In this document: piece by piece, positions 1 to 8,735 of the stretch
Layout: every line of letters begins with the position of its first letter
Numbering within the stretch: the first letter of the stretch is position 1
Program-made: the position numbers and the translations under genes
The notes under the pieces: generated by a model
The model's input: only the letters and a program-made list of their open reading frames with translations
Told to the model about the DNA's origin: nothing
Databases searched by the model: none
Virus record (IMG/VR): IMGVR_UViG_3300038313_000213
Location: 1-39,412 of that record
Length of the DNA: 39,412 nucleotides
Direction: 5' to 3' (one strand)
DNA from: a virus

Positions 1-13
1 TTATAGACGATAT

Positions 14-97
14 GTGATAAGAAACAAAATAAACCCGATGTGTATATTTTTCATGTCATCTCCTCCCGTTCAGTCGCTTGAATTTGTCATTAAAACA
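14..97 (+). repeat. 84-bp direct repeat, copy 1 (identical to 39329..39412); circular overlap or junction
   Basis: GTGATAAGAAAC...GTCATTAAAACA is identical at both window ends; not tRNA-like. Confidence 0.95.
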
Positions 98-252
98 TCC
101 GTTCCGTGTACCGCCTCGCCGGTTTCATCGAAGTAATGCCATTTTCTTATAGTGGATTCTTTGCCGCATTTCGTACATGTGCCACGCTCTGTATTCGTTT
201 CTAGGCTTTCGCCGCTTGTGTATGCTCCGCATATCGGACATTTGAATACCAT
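70..252 (-). CDS. CPxCG-type zinc-finger microprotein
   Basis: CPICG and CTKCG pairs; GGGGGA RBS upstream; directly follows the integrase. Confidence 0.7.
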   Translation of the reverse strand: MVFKCPICGAYTSGESLETNTERGTCTKCGKESTIRKWHYFDETGEAVHGTDVLMTNSSD

Positions 253-264
253 TTCATTTCCCCC

Positions 265-930
265 TTACCAAAACTTTACATTCAAATTCTCAAACATTGC
301 TCTTTCCTGCTTTGCGTCCATCCTTGCGTATGTCTTCAATGTAATTGCAGTCGAACTGTGTGCTAAGTGGTAAGCGATTAATTCCGCGGGTACTCCCTGG
401 CTCTGCAAGTGCATGGCAATTCCGTGTCTGAACATGTGGGGATGGATGTGCCTCGTTCCTGCAAGCTCTGTAAGCCCGTTGAGAAGTTTATTGATTGCCT
501 GCCTTGTAATTGCCTTATTCGATCCACGCAATGAAGGAAAGAGCAACCCTTTAATTTCCCATGTCTGCACATAGTCCATTATCATAGTTAACGTGTCCAT
601 GTCAATTCCAATGGTGTGCCAGAATTCTCCGCCCGTTTTAACTTTCTTGCTTTTTCTCTTGTGGACCAGAAAGGTTACTGTCTTTTCTCTGTAATTTATT
701 TTTGTGGTGTTTATCTCCGTGACGTCTGATACCCGTGCACCAGTCGCCCACATAAGCTGTAGGAAAAGTTTATTTTTGTCTCTGATCCATTTATAGTTCT
801 CCGTCTGCTTGCTTCGTTCGTACGCAATGTCACACGCCCGTTTAAGCGTTTCTACTTCGTGAAGTTCTATATGGTCAACCTGCTCTTTTAAGAGTAAGTC
901 GCCTCCTCCGAATGGTACAAGTGAGTTCAT
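265..930 (-). CDS. Tyrosine recombinase/integrase (short, mostly catalytic domain)
   Basis: ATGAR(VSD) Arg, HPHMFRH (HxxR), LAH and KTYA Tyr: full catalytic set in 221 aa. Confidence 0.92.
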   Translation of the reverse strand: MNSLVPFGGGDLLLKEQVDHIELHEVETLKRACDIAYERSKQTENYKWIRDKNKLFLQLMWATGARVSDVTEINTTKINYREKTVTFLVHKRKSKKVKTGGEFWHTIGIDMDTLTMIMDYVQTWEIKGLLFPSLRGSNKAITRQAINKLLNGLTELAGTRHIHPHMFRHGIAMHLQSQGVPAELIAYHLAHSSTAITLKTYARMDAKQERAMFENLNVKFW

Positions 931-1104
931 TTCATCCTCTTTTGTGTATTACCACTCAATGTAAAAATCATCCCATGTTTTTATTCGTCTTGCTTCAGAT
1001 TCCATCCATGATGTTTCTTCGTCTTTTCGATAGTTTTTCCTCTCTTTCTCTGGTACGTACTTCATAATGAAACATCCTCCAAAAATTAATTTTAGAAAGT
1101 TTGC

Positions 1105-1368
1105 TTACGCCTTCTTATTTTGCTTTTTGTGTTCAGCCATTAACTTTTTAACGTATGCTGCGTCGGTTTTAAATTTGTCTGCCCATACAGTGTATTTTGT
1201 AGACGCATTGAACGCTGGTTTAGGTGCTTTTCTGGCGTCGTTCATCCTGTAAATGAGTGTTTTGTATAACCCTTCCCCTATCCCTGCATCGACCATCTTT
1301 TTTATAGCTTCCTGTCTCGTTTCTTTTGAATCATCCACACTGTATCCAAAGTCGCTGAGTTTTGCCAT
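1105..1368 (-). CDS. Hypothetical basic protein
   Basis: 87-aa ORF, GGTGA RBS, upstream TATA-like TTAAATA near 1420. Confidence 0.7.
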   Translation of the reverse strand: MAKLSDFGYSVDDSKETRQEAIKKMVDAGIGEGLYKTLIYRMNDARKAPKPAFNASTKYTVWADKFKTDAAYVKKLMAEHKKQNKKA

Positions 1369-1661
1369 GTTGTATCACCAAGAATCTTTCAGTTACAAGT
1401 ATATTGTTCTGTCAACTATTTAAGACTTTCGTTAAATTTTCTGCCCTAAAACTATCAATATCCAGGCAAAAATCAGTAAAAACGAAAAATCGAGTTTACA
1501 AAATTACTAGTTATGTAAACTAACCGGTTATACAAAAAAGTCGGACATTTCGAGTAAATTTTCTGGAATATGTTAAAAAGGGAAAGTTTGAAATTGCCAA
1601 GTATACGGGGAAGCGGTCAAAAAGAAAAAAAGAAATGAGCGAGGTCAAAACGTTGACGCAA

Positions 1662-1850
1662 TCACTTTCGTATATAAACGGTGTGTGCCCACCCGAAACT
1701 CCCGCCTTTTACAACACGCGCGTTGATTCCCTTTGCTCTCATCCTCTTTGCATATGCTTCCGCGTCTGCCTTTCTCGGGAGTTCGGTTTCCCACGTGTAT
1801 GTTACACCATTGAACTTTTTAAATTTTGGTAAAAATTTTCCAGTTGCCAT
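1662..1850 (-). CDS. Small basic protein, paralogue of 2293..2493
   Basis: GGAGTGA RBS; shares P.FK...G..Y, K.DA, RVV and VY with 2293..2493. Confidence 0.75.
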   Translation of the reverse strand: MATGKFLPKFKKFNGVTYTWETELPRKADAEAYAKRMRAKGINARVVKGGSFGWAHTVYIRK

Positions 1851-1927
1851 CTAATCACTCCATGTTGTCTTTTTACTGATACATCGTTATATAATAATTA
1901 GCTCTCAACATATAAAAAATATTGCTT

Positions 1928-2224
1928 TCAATTCTTCGGGTTATACAGCCTGCAACTTTTCAACCCATTTGTGTAATGTGGCCTTGTCTTGCTCGGGTAA
2001 ATTGCATGGACACAAACGTACTTTCCAAGCCTCTCTTTTCCTGCAGGAACATTTGCACTATACCGGCAAGTCGCGCATAGTTCATCATTTGCGTGAATCA
2101 AAACCGTCATAAATGTTTTGCAATGGCTACACGATGTGATTTCCTTGTTCTTTCTGAGGCACTTACACACGTTCGGTTCATTTGTGCGGATTAAGTGCTT
2201 ACAGTCTCCGTAGAAGGTTAGCAT
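1928..2224 (-). CDS. Cys-rich, probably Zn-binding protein
   Basis: Several CxxC/CxH motifs; start uncertain. Confidence 0.55.
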   Translation of the reverse strand: MLTFYGDCKHLIRTNEPNVCKCLRKNKEITSCSHCKTFMTVLIHANDELCATCRYSANVPAGKERLGKYVCVHAIYPSKTRPHYTNGLKSCRLYNPKN

Positions 2225-2292
2225 TAAAAAGAGAATGTGTTAATTATATTTAAATCATTTGTTAAAAAGAGAAAAATAAAAAAATAAGTTGG

Positions 2293-2493
2293 TTATCTCG
2301 AATCGTGTTTGTATACCGCGTATTTCCCTTTTTTAACTTCCACGACTCTTATAGACACGTCGTATCCCTTGTAATGATTTCTATACAGTCCGGCTTCGAC
2401 ATTTGCATCCGGTTTAGATTGCAAATGTCTTGAAACCGAACGATATTTTTTTCCAGATATTGTTTTAAAATCCGGTACATCTGAACCACATAT
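2293..2493 (-). CDS. Small basic protein (ATA start or frameshifted), paralogue of 1662..1850; not in the ORF track
   Basis: Open frame ICGSDVPDFKTISGKKY...KPDANVEA...RVVEVKKGKYAVYKHDSR*; GGGGGA RBS 7 nt before ATA; in-frame TAA just upstream. Confidence 0.6.
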   Translation of the reverse strand: MCGSDVPDFKTISGKKYRSVSRHLQSKPDANVEAGLYRNHYKGYDVSIRVVEVKKGKYAVYKHDSR

Positions 2494-2639
2494 GAGTTAA
2501 TCCCCCTAAAATAATTATTTTGTATAGTTATTAGTTTCAATGTTTATAAGTGTTACTGTTTTTCAATAAGCAAAGTTTTAAATACATTGTTGACTATCTT
2601 AAAATAATTAATTTACTAAGTAATGGGGGAAATAAACAA

Positions 2640-2888
2640 ATGACAGACGAACTGAAACTTGCACTTTTCCAGAAAGCGCTTGAAACGATTGACGCTGAAA
2701 TTGAAAAGACAGAATGTGAACTTGCAAGTGGTGTATATAATAAGTTATACGGACTAACCGAACGGCTATTAAACCAGCTTGAAATGTATGACAAAGCGAG
2801 AGAACGGATAGTTAACCGCGTGTGTAGACTCGAAAACGAACCAGCCACGTCCACGAACTTCGGACAGTGGAGGAATCCGAATGATTGA
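2640..2888 (+). CDS. Coiled-coil hypothetical protein, paralogue of 3049..3324
   Basis: ATG after GGGGGAAATAAACAA leader; shares LF..AL, E..LA, NKL and Y..AR with the next ORF. Confidence 0.75.
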   Translation: MTDELKLALFQKALETIDAEIEKTECELASGVYNKLYGLTERLLNQLEMYDKARERIVNRVCRLENEPATSTNFGQWRNPND

Positions 2889-3048
2889 CTTCATTCTTTC
2901 CTTTTTCGAGGCAATTTCAAAGGCAATCGTTGATATTGCCATGATCACTGCGAAATGTGTTAGATTACAATGATCTTTCTAAGTTAATTTTTTATAGGAT
3001 GTTGTACATATTATAACTACTCACTATATACAGGGGGAATAACAAACA

Positions 3049-3324
3049 ATGGCTGATAAACTACCGATTGATTGCTTTTACAACCGCCCGCGTTTCGTGT
3101 TGTTTATGGACGCACTCGATGTATTGAATAAAAAAATATACTCGAAAGAGGCAACGTTAGCGAACGCATGTAAATTGAATAAACTCTCGGACATTGGAAG
3201 TATCACGCGCGAATTAAGCGTTTATTATGAAGCACGTAAGATACTACAAGACGACGTAGATAAACAAATGCACACACTTGACACCTTCCGAGGTTGTTAT
3301 ACCACACCGGAGGAAAAAGAATGA
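3049..3324 (+). CDS. Coiled-coil hypothetical protein
   Basis: GGGGGA RBS, upstream TTTATA box, stop overlaps the nrdD start. Confidence 0.75.
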   Translation: MADKLPIDCFYNRPRFVLFMDALDVLNKKIYSKEATLANACKLNKLSDIGSITRELSVYYEARKILQDDVDKQMHTLDTFRGCYTTPEEKE

Positions 3325-5597
3325 TCGACGTGACCGGCACCGAAGGCGTAAGTTCTTCTATGGCAATTACAGAGGCTTTACCCGCAGTTAGAAACACCGA
3401 CGGATTCAAGACAGAGTGGAACAGAACAAAGATCATAAACATGATCGTGAAAGAAACGAAACTATGTGAGATATTCTATAGCAAACCTGCCGCGACATAC
3501 GAAGAAGCGGAGGCAATTGCAAGAGAAACCGAAAACATAGTCCTGAAAATGCGGAGAGATTTTCTTTCAGGCCCGCTTATCCGTGAAATTGTCAACACTG
3601 TACTTATTGAACGCGGTCATCCAGAATGGAGAAATTGCATGACCAGAGTAGGCGTTTCAGTCCATGACGCGTTCCAGATTGATTCAGGATATGGATTTGA
3701 GGCGAAGGACAACGCGAACCAGCTTGATAACGCGGAGACAAGCCACAAGAGGAAGGCAGACAAGCTAAGTAAAGAGCAGAACCTTTTACTTATACCAAAT
3801 GAAGTTTCAGAATTACATCTCAGTGGAGAGCTCCACATTCACGATTTAGAGTACTTCGGTACAAGGCCATTTTGCCAAGACTGGGACTTAAGGTATTTCC
3901 TCTATTACGGCCTTATGCCAGACGGAGTAGGGAAACAGTCAAGCATAGCAGGACCAGCAAAGAAAGCCGAAGTAGCTTTTCTTCACGCAGTAAAAGCAAT
4001 GGGAAGCGCACAGACTAACTTTGCAGGTGGACAGGGATTCTATAACTTCCTTACGTTCATGGCTCCTTACCTTGTGGGAAAGACAGAAGAAGAGATTGAA
4101 CAGCTTATGCAGATGTTTGTTTATGAAATGATGCAAATGATGTGTGCAAGAGGGGGCCAGACCGTTTTCAGTTCTGTACAGCTTTCGCCAGGAGTCCCTA
4201 AGTTGTGGAGAGACAAACCAATTGTAGCAAAGGGGCATATTTACGACGGTGACAATTACCACGTAGAATGTACTTACGGGAAGCTCGAAAGGGAAGTGAG
4301 GCTGGCATTCAAAGCTTTAATGACAGTCATGCTTAAAGGGGACCACGAAGGAAAGCCTTTCTTTTTCCCGAAACCCGAAATAAGCATAGAACCTGATTTC
4401 ATGCAGGAAGATGAACTATTCAATGCAATGAATCCAGATGTGCCGACTTACAGAGAGCTGTACAGAATGGCGTTTGCGCTTGCTGCAAAGTTTGGAACAC
4501 CTTACTTTGATAATCAACTCCCTGCTTATCGTGGCGCGGGGGATGGGATTTCATGCTATCAGTGCTGCGCGTATCAGTTTTCGGCAAATCCAACCGATGA
4601 CATGGAATTTGACGATAAGTTATATTTCAGAAACGGAAAGCATTTCTCTATGGGGTCTTGGATGGTAATGAGTTTAAACTGTCCGAGGGCTGCATACAAA
4701 GCAGAGCATGACGACAAGAAACTCTTTGAAGAATTAAAATCTCTGATGTGTAGCGCAATCGTGGTATTCCGAACGAAGCGCGAATGGATGGAAAGGCTTA
4801 TAGCTGCAAATAGAATTCCTTTCGCAAGTCAACGACCCAAAGACCCGAATACCGGAAAGCTGGGAGAAACGGCGGTTGATTTCGATGCGCTGGTATATAC
4901 TATCGGGATTATCGGAATAAATGAAATGGTACAGTATCATACCGGATACCAGATACACGAATCCGACGACGCTTACAAGCTTGCGATCAGGGCAATGCTT
5001 GAAATGAAAATGTACGCCAAGGAATTGTCGCACAAATATAACATGGAAATTGCACTTGCCCGAACACCTGCAGAAACGACGGCTCAGAGGTTTGCAGTAT
5101 CTGACTTAATGCATGATGAGTATAGAGAGAAGGCAATGCAAGTGATAAAAGGAGATGTTGACAAAGCACTTGAACACATAAGCGAAACAAAAGACCTACC
5201 GGTTTACTACACGAACGGAACGCACTTAGCACCCGGAGCGAGTGTGACAATTACAGAGAGAATCCAGAAAGAACAAATATTTTTCCCGATTGTAGATGGT
5301 GGAAATATAATGCATATCTGGATGAATGAAAAAGTACCGGATGTAGATGGATTAATGGATTTCGGTATGAGAATTGCAAAGAATACGCAGGTTGGGTACT
5401 TTGCATTTACGAGAGATATGACAATGTGTCTCGACGAGGGGTACATGTCGAACGGGCTGCAGGAAAAATGTCCTAAGTGTGGATCTGGAAACGTTCAGCA
5501 CCTTTCAAGAATTACGGGATACCTGCAGAATGTAGAAGGCTGGAACGAAGGAAAAAAGCAGGAATTGAAAGATAGAGCGAGGTATGACGTGGCATGA
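3321..5597 (+). CDS. nrdD: Anaerobic (class III) ribonucleoside-triphosphate reductase with N-terminal ATP cone
   Basis: ATP cone (WNRTKI...GPLIREIV), HIHDL, FCQD, YQCCAY, RTPAE, C-terminal C..C/CPKCG Zn site and SRITGYL glycyl-radical motif; start moved to ATG 3321 (ATGA overlap). Confidence 0.97.
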   Translation: MIDVTGTEGVSSSMAITEALPAVRNTDGFKTEWNRTKIINMIVKETKLCEIFYSKPAATYEEAEAIARETENIVLKMRRDFLSGPLIREIVNTVLIERGHPEWRNCMTRVGVSVHDAFQIDSGYGFEAKDNANQLDNAETSHKRKADKLSKEQNLLLIPNEVSELHLSGELHIHDLEYFGTRPFCQDWDLRYFLYYGLMPDGVGKQSSIAGPAKKAEVAFLHAVKAMGSAQTNFAGGQGFYNFLTFMAPYLVGKTEEEIEQLMQMFVYEMMQMMCARGGQTVFSSVQLSPGVPKLWRDKPIVAKGHIYDGDNYHVECTYGKLEREVRLAFKALMTVMLKGDHEGKPFFFPKPEISIEPDFMQEDELFNAMNPDVPTYRELYRMAFALAAKFGTPYFDNQLPAYRGAGDGISCYQCCAYQFSANPTDDMEFDDKLYFRNGKHFSMGSWMVMSLNCPRAAYKAEHDDKKLFEELKSLMCSAIVVFRTKREWMERLIAANRIPFASQRPKDPNTGKLGETAVDFDALVYTIGIIGINEMVQYHTGYQIHESDDAYKLAIRAMLEMKMYAKELSHKYNMEIALARTPAETTAQRFAVSDLMHDEYREKAMQVIKGDVDKALEHISETKDLPVYYTNGTHLAPGASVTITERIQKEQIFFPIVDGGNIMHIWMNEKVPDVDGLMDFGMRIAKNTQVGYFAFTRDMTMCLDEGYMSNGLQEKCPKCGSGNVQHLSRITGYLQNVEGWNEGKKQELKDRARYDVA

Positions 5598-5734
5598 CGT
5601 ATAAGGATATTAGGTGTATGGGGCAATTTCTCAATGATCGAACGTGTGACTTGTGTAAATATAGCAATTTGCGGGGGGATTGTGGGGTTTATGTGTCTTG
5701 CTCTCCTTCGTTATGTCAATCTAAAATTAAATGA
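5594..5734 (+). CDS. Cys-rich microprotein (46 aa)
   Basis: ATGA-coupled to the nrdD stop; CxxC and further Cys; fills the nrdD-nrdG gap. Confidence 0.45.
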   Translation: MTYKDIRCMGQFLNDRTCDLCKYSNLRGDCGVYVSCSPSLCQSKIK

Positions 5735-5749
5735 AATGGTGGGTGAACC

Positions 5750-6478
5750 ATGCTAATTAATTTTGGTGGGAGTGTTGCAATTTCAACCGTGGATTATCCC
5801 GGGAAATCTGCAATAGTTCTTTTTTTGCGTGGCTGCCCTCTCCGGTGTCCATACTGCCATAACCATAAGTTGTGGAGTGGCAATAACTATGTTGAAATTG
5901 ACCACGTAAAAAATCTTATCCGCGAATCCATGCCCTTCATAAGTGCCGTGGTAATTTCTGGCGGTGAGCCTCTGATGCAAGAGAGAATCTTTGAAATTGC
6001 CAGCTTCGCTAAGTCTGAAGGTCTTTCGGTAGGAATTGAAACGAGCGGGTATTATCCCGAAGTTGCAGAAAGATTGATAAAAAAGAACATGGTTGATAAA
6101 TTCTTTGTAGATGTCAAGGCAAATCCTGAGAAATATGAGGAAATCACGAAAAATAAGTATGCTTTTTCAAGACTCGAAAGATTTTTAAAAATCGTCAAAA
6201 ATAACAACGTTCAATTTGAGCTTAGAACAACGATTGTTAAAGGGTTGATAGGAACACTGCCTGAATGTGATAAAATCGCTCGGTGGGCTTCTATGTGGCT
6301 TACAGTGGATAATACATGGACAATTCAACAAGGTATACCCGAAAACGGCAATTTTGAGCATTTCGACGGAATTCGTATGTATTCAAGGGAAGAAATACTT
6401 GAAATTGCCATGGGAATTAAGCGAATCGTCAAAAATGTAAAAATCAAGACAGTTGAACGAGGGGAAGAAACGTGTTAA
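5750..6478 (+). CDS. nrdG: Anaerobic RNR activating enzyme (radical SAM)
   Basis: STVDYPG, GCPLRCPYCHN (CxxxCxxC), SGGEP, ETSG; downstream of nrdD. Confidence 0.95.
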   Translation: MLINFGGSVAISTVDYPGKSAIVLFLRGCPLRCPYCHNHKLWSGNNYVEIDHVKNLIRESMPFISAVVISGGEPLMQERIFEIASFAKSEGLSVGIETSGYYPEVAERLIKKNMVDKFFVDVKANPEKYEEITKNKYAFSRLERFLKIVKNNNVQFELRTTIVKGLIGTLPECDKIARWASMWLTVDNTWTIQQGIPENGNFEHFDGIRMYSREEILEIAMGIKRIVKNVKIKTVERGEETC

Positions 6479-6735
6479 ACAGAAAAACTTGGTTATTGGG
6501 GTATATGCTACCGTGGACATTTGTACTTTCTGTTCACATAATTATTGTATATATCGCGTGCAGTTATTCCGAAACGTTTAGAATTGCGTTCTCCGAGATA
6601 TTTCTAAATAAAATAGCAATATCAGAACTGATATTCATTTAAAAAGAAAGACGCGGATAAGCCAGCATACGAATTTAAGCGAATTCAAAAAATATACATT
6701 CCATTTGTAAAAATCATATACGGGGGACAAACACA

Positions 6736-6984
6736 ATGATAAAAGTATTTTCAACAACATCATGCTCGAAATGCAACCGATTGAAAACGTTTCTTGAGAA
6801 CAATGGAATTGCGTTTGATCGTGTAAATATGGATACCGCCGAAGGACTTACGGAACTATTCGCGCTTGGAATTGTCACATTCAATGCTCCGGTGCTTGTG
6901 TGTGGCAATAACGCGCTTTACAGCAGTGATTTGTTTAAAGGAACTGAAATTCAGGAGGAAAAGATTTTAAGCTTCATTGCTTAA
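6736..6984 (+). CDS. nrdH: Glutaredoxin-like NrdH-type redoxin
   Basis: CSKC active site, cis-Pro motif (APVL), 82 aa, next to nrdDG. Confidence 0.8.
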   Translation: MIKVFSTTSCSKCNRLKTFLENNGIAFDRVNMDTAEGLTELFALGIVTFNAPVLVCGNNALYSSDLFKGTEIQEEKILSFIA

Positions 6985-7272
6985 TCTTTTTTATGGGGGA
7001 AAGTGGATGGAATGCGAAGAATGCGGAAACAAAGATAAACAAGTTTCTTGGATTAAATTAAATATATACGAAATTCAATTTTGTATATATCTTTTTTAAT
7101 TCAGGAAATGTTTATAATAAGATCTAAAATGAATTTAATATCGTATATATATAATATATTTAATTCGTAATAGTATAGTATAGTAGTAAAATAGAACGGT
7201 CAATTAATCATATATTTAATTTGAATTTCATATATAATAAATTCTACTGATAATGATTTTGAGGGTTTAATC

Positions 7273-7524
7273 ATGGAAAACACTATATCCAAATACATAG
7301 ACGTGGAAATAGAACTTTACAAAGAAGATTTTGACTATCTGAAAAAACATAACATAGACTTATCTGAGTTCGTAAGAGACGAAATAAACAAGCTCATGGA
7401 TGGATCCCCCATCTCAGAGCTTAGACTCGAAGCAATGAAGCTCCGACAGTGTATAGAAGAATGCGAGGGACGCTTAGAGGATATTGAGAAGGAGATAGGG
7501 GAACTTCAAAAGAGTTCTGTTTAA
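7273..7524 (+). CDS. Ribbon-helix-helix (CcdA/VapB-like) regulator with coiled-coil tail
   Basis: KKHNIDLSEFVRDEI motif typical of archaeal RHH/antitoxin-like proteins. Confidence 0.6.
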   Translation: MENTISKYIDVEIELYKEDFDYLKKHNIDLSEFVRDEINKLMDGSPISELRLEAMKLRQCIEECEGRLEDIEKEIGELQKSSV

Positions 7525-7581
7525 TTCTCTTGATTCTCTTTTTTTCTTTTTATCAAGATCCGGCTTTTGAGAGGGTAATTA

Positions 7582-7710
7582 ATGCCCTCTAATATTCAAA
7601 CCTGCTGGAAATGCGGGCAAAACAAACCCTGCCACTCTTACCCATCCGAGCGCGAAGAGGGAAAAGTGTATTTCGTTTGCGAGGAGTGCGAGGAAGAGTT
7701 GCAGATGTGA
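7582..7710 (+). CDS. Zinc-finger microprotein (42 aa); not in the ORF track
   Basis: CWKCG...CEEC; GAGGGT RBS. Confidence 0.6.
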   Translation: MPSNIQTCWKCGQNKPCHSYPSEREEGKVYFVCEECEEELQM

Positions 7711-7732
7711 GAGAAAATAGAGGTGAGTAGAC

Positions 7733-7939
7733 ATGAACAATGAAAAAAGTATAATATCCAGAATAAAATCACATTTCTTTGATAAAATTTCATTATATGT
7801 ATATGCTTACATAATATCAATATACATCGCCATATCACTAACTCAAAACGTTTACATTCATGCTACAGTGATATTGTTTTTTGCTTTAATTCCGATCATG
7901 ATCGTGTATAAAGATATAAAAGAGCACATGAAAAAATGA
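7733..7939 (+). CDS. Small membrane protein
   Basis: Two hydrophobic segments; GAGGTGA RBS. Confidence 0.6.
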   Translation: MNNEKSIISRIKSHFFDKISLYVYAYIISIYIAISLTQNVYIHATVILFFALIPIMIVYKDIKEHMKK

Positions 7940-8130
7940 AGAAAAGGAGATTAATATAATTCATTTTTTAATTTTATCTCTGGGAGCGCGGAGGCACAGC
8001 GAGAAGACCCCTTCCTTTAGGGAGGGGATGAAAGCGAAGCCTCGCACATTAGTAAACTATAACTTTTCTAATCATTAATTCTCTTTTGGTTGTACCAATT
8101 TTTAGCTAACCAATAACAAGTTTTAAATAG

Positions 8131-8164
8131 TAATTGGTTGTATTACTTATTATACAACCAATTA
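8131..8164. promoter_or_regulatory. Operator-like 13-bp perfect inverted repeat just downstream of a TATA box
   Basis: TAATTGGTTGTAT-N8-ATACAACCAATTA; TTTTAAATA at about 8120; extra half-sites near 8086 and 8108. Confidence 0.6.
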
Positions 8165-8207
8165 AGAAAAACAGCTAAACAATACAACAATATAAGGAGA
8201 AACCAAA

Positions 8208-8363
8208 ATGACTGGTAACAATGTTCAAGACAATATTTGGAGAGTTTCATGGGATCTAGGAGATAAAACAAGATACAGGGATTTCAAACACATAATGTAC
8301 GCTGAAAACTTTGAAGAAGATATGAAAAAACAATGTGATGATGTTAAACTGTTTCGGATTTAA
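8208..8363 (+). CDS. Microprotein (51 aa)
   Basis: AAGGAG RBS; first of three closely spaced ORFs before tnpA. Confidence 0.55.
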   Translation: MTGNNVQDNIWRVSWDLGDKTRYRDFKHIMYAENFEEDMKKQCDDVKLFRI

Positions 8364-8376
8364 GGAGTGGGTGGAG

Positions 8377-8526
8377 ATGAATGATGCAATTACTAGGCTA
8401 ATAAGCCTAGTTAAAGATAAAAAATTTCTCAAAGAATGCTCGGATATAGAAATTGATGCATTGGAGACTCAAGCAAATCTAATACTGATAGCTGTTAATA
8501 AAGAGAAAAATAAAAGAGGGATTTAA
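8377..8526 (+). CDS. Microprotein (49 aa)
   Basis: GGAG RBS before ATG 8377; track ORF 8335..8526. Confidence 0.55.
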   Translation: MNDAITRLISLVKDKKFLKECSDIEIDALETQANLILIAVNKEKNKRGI

Positions 8527-8527
8527 A

Positions 8528-8734
8528 ATGTTTAAATTAACACCGGAAGAAATCAAAGAAATGGAAACAAGTATTGACTACTTTGAAAAAGATACACTGA
8601 AATGTGAATCACTTACTGAATCTGGATGTTTTGTAAGGGATCTGTTCATAAACGGTCATGATTGTAGGATATGTTTCATAATTTCGATGGTTGAAGAAGA
8701 CGAAGATGATGGAGAAGACACCGAAGAGGAGTAA
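8528..8734 (+). CDS. Small acidic Cys-containing protein
   Basis: GAGGG RBS, CxxC, acidic tail; abuts tnpA. Confidence 0.6.
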   Translation: MFKLTPEEIKEMETSIDYFEKDTLKCESLTESGCFVRDLFINGHDCRICFIISMVEEDEDDGEDTEEE

Positions 8735-8735
8735 A

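Noticed and set aside
14-97. Terminal repeat as a tRNA-derived att core
   Set aside because: No cloverleaf or T-loop; it overlaps a CDS end and breaks at the IS cleavage site
2349-2540. Track ORF MKLITIQ...
   Set aside because: Another frame (2293..2493) has an RBS and a clear paralogue
7981-7991. TGGGAGCGCGG shared with the minus strand at 22901..22911
   Set aside because: An 11-nt match with no flanking similarity; could be chance
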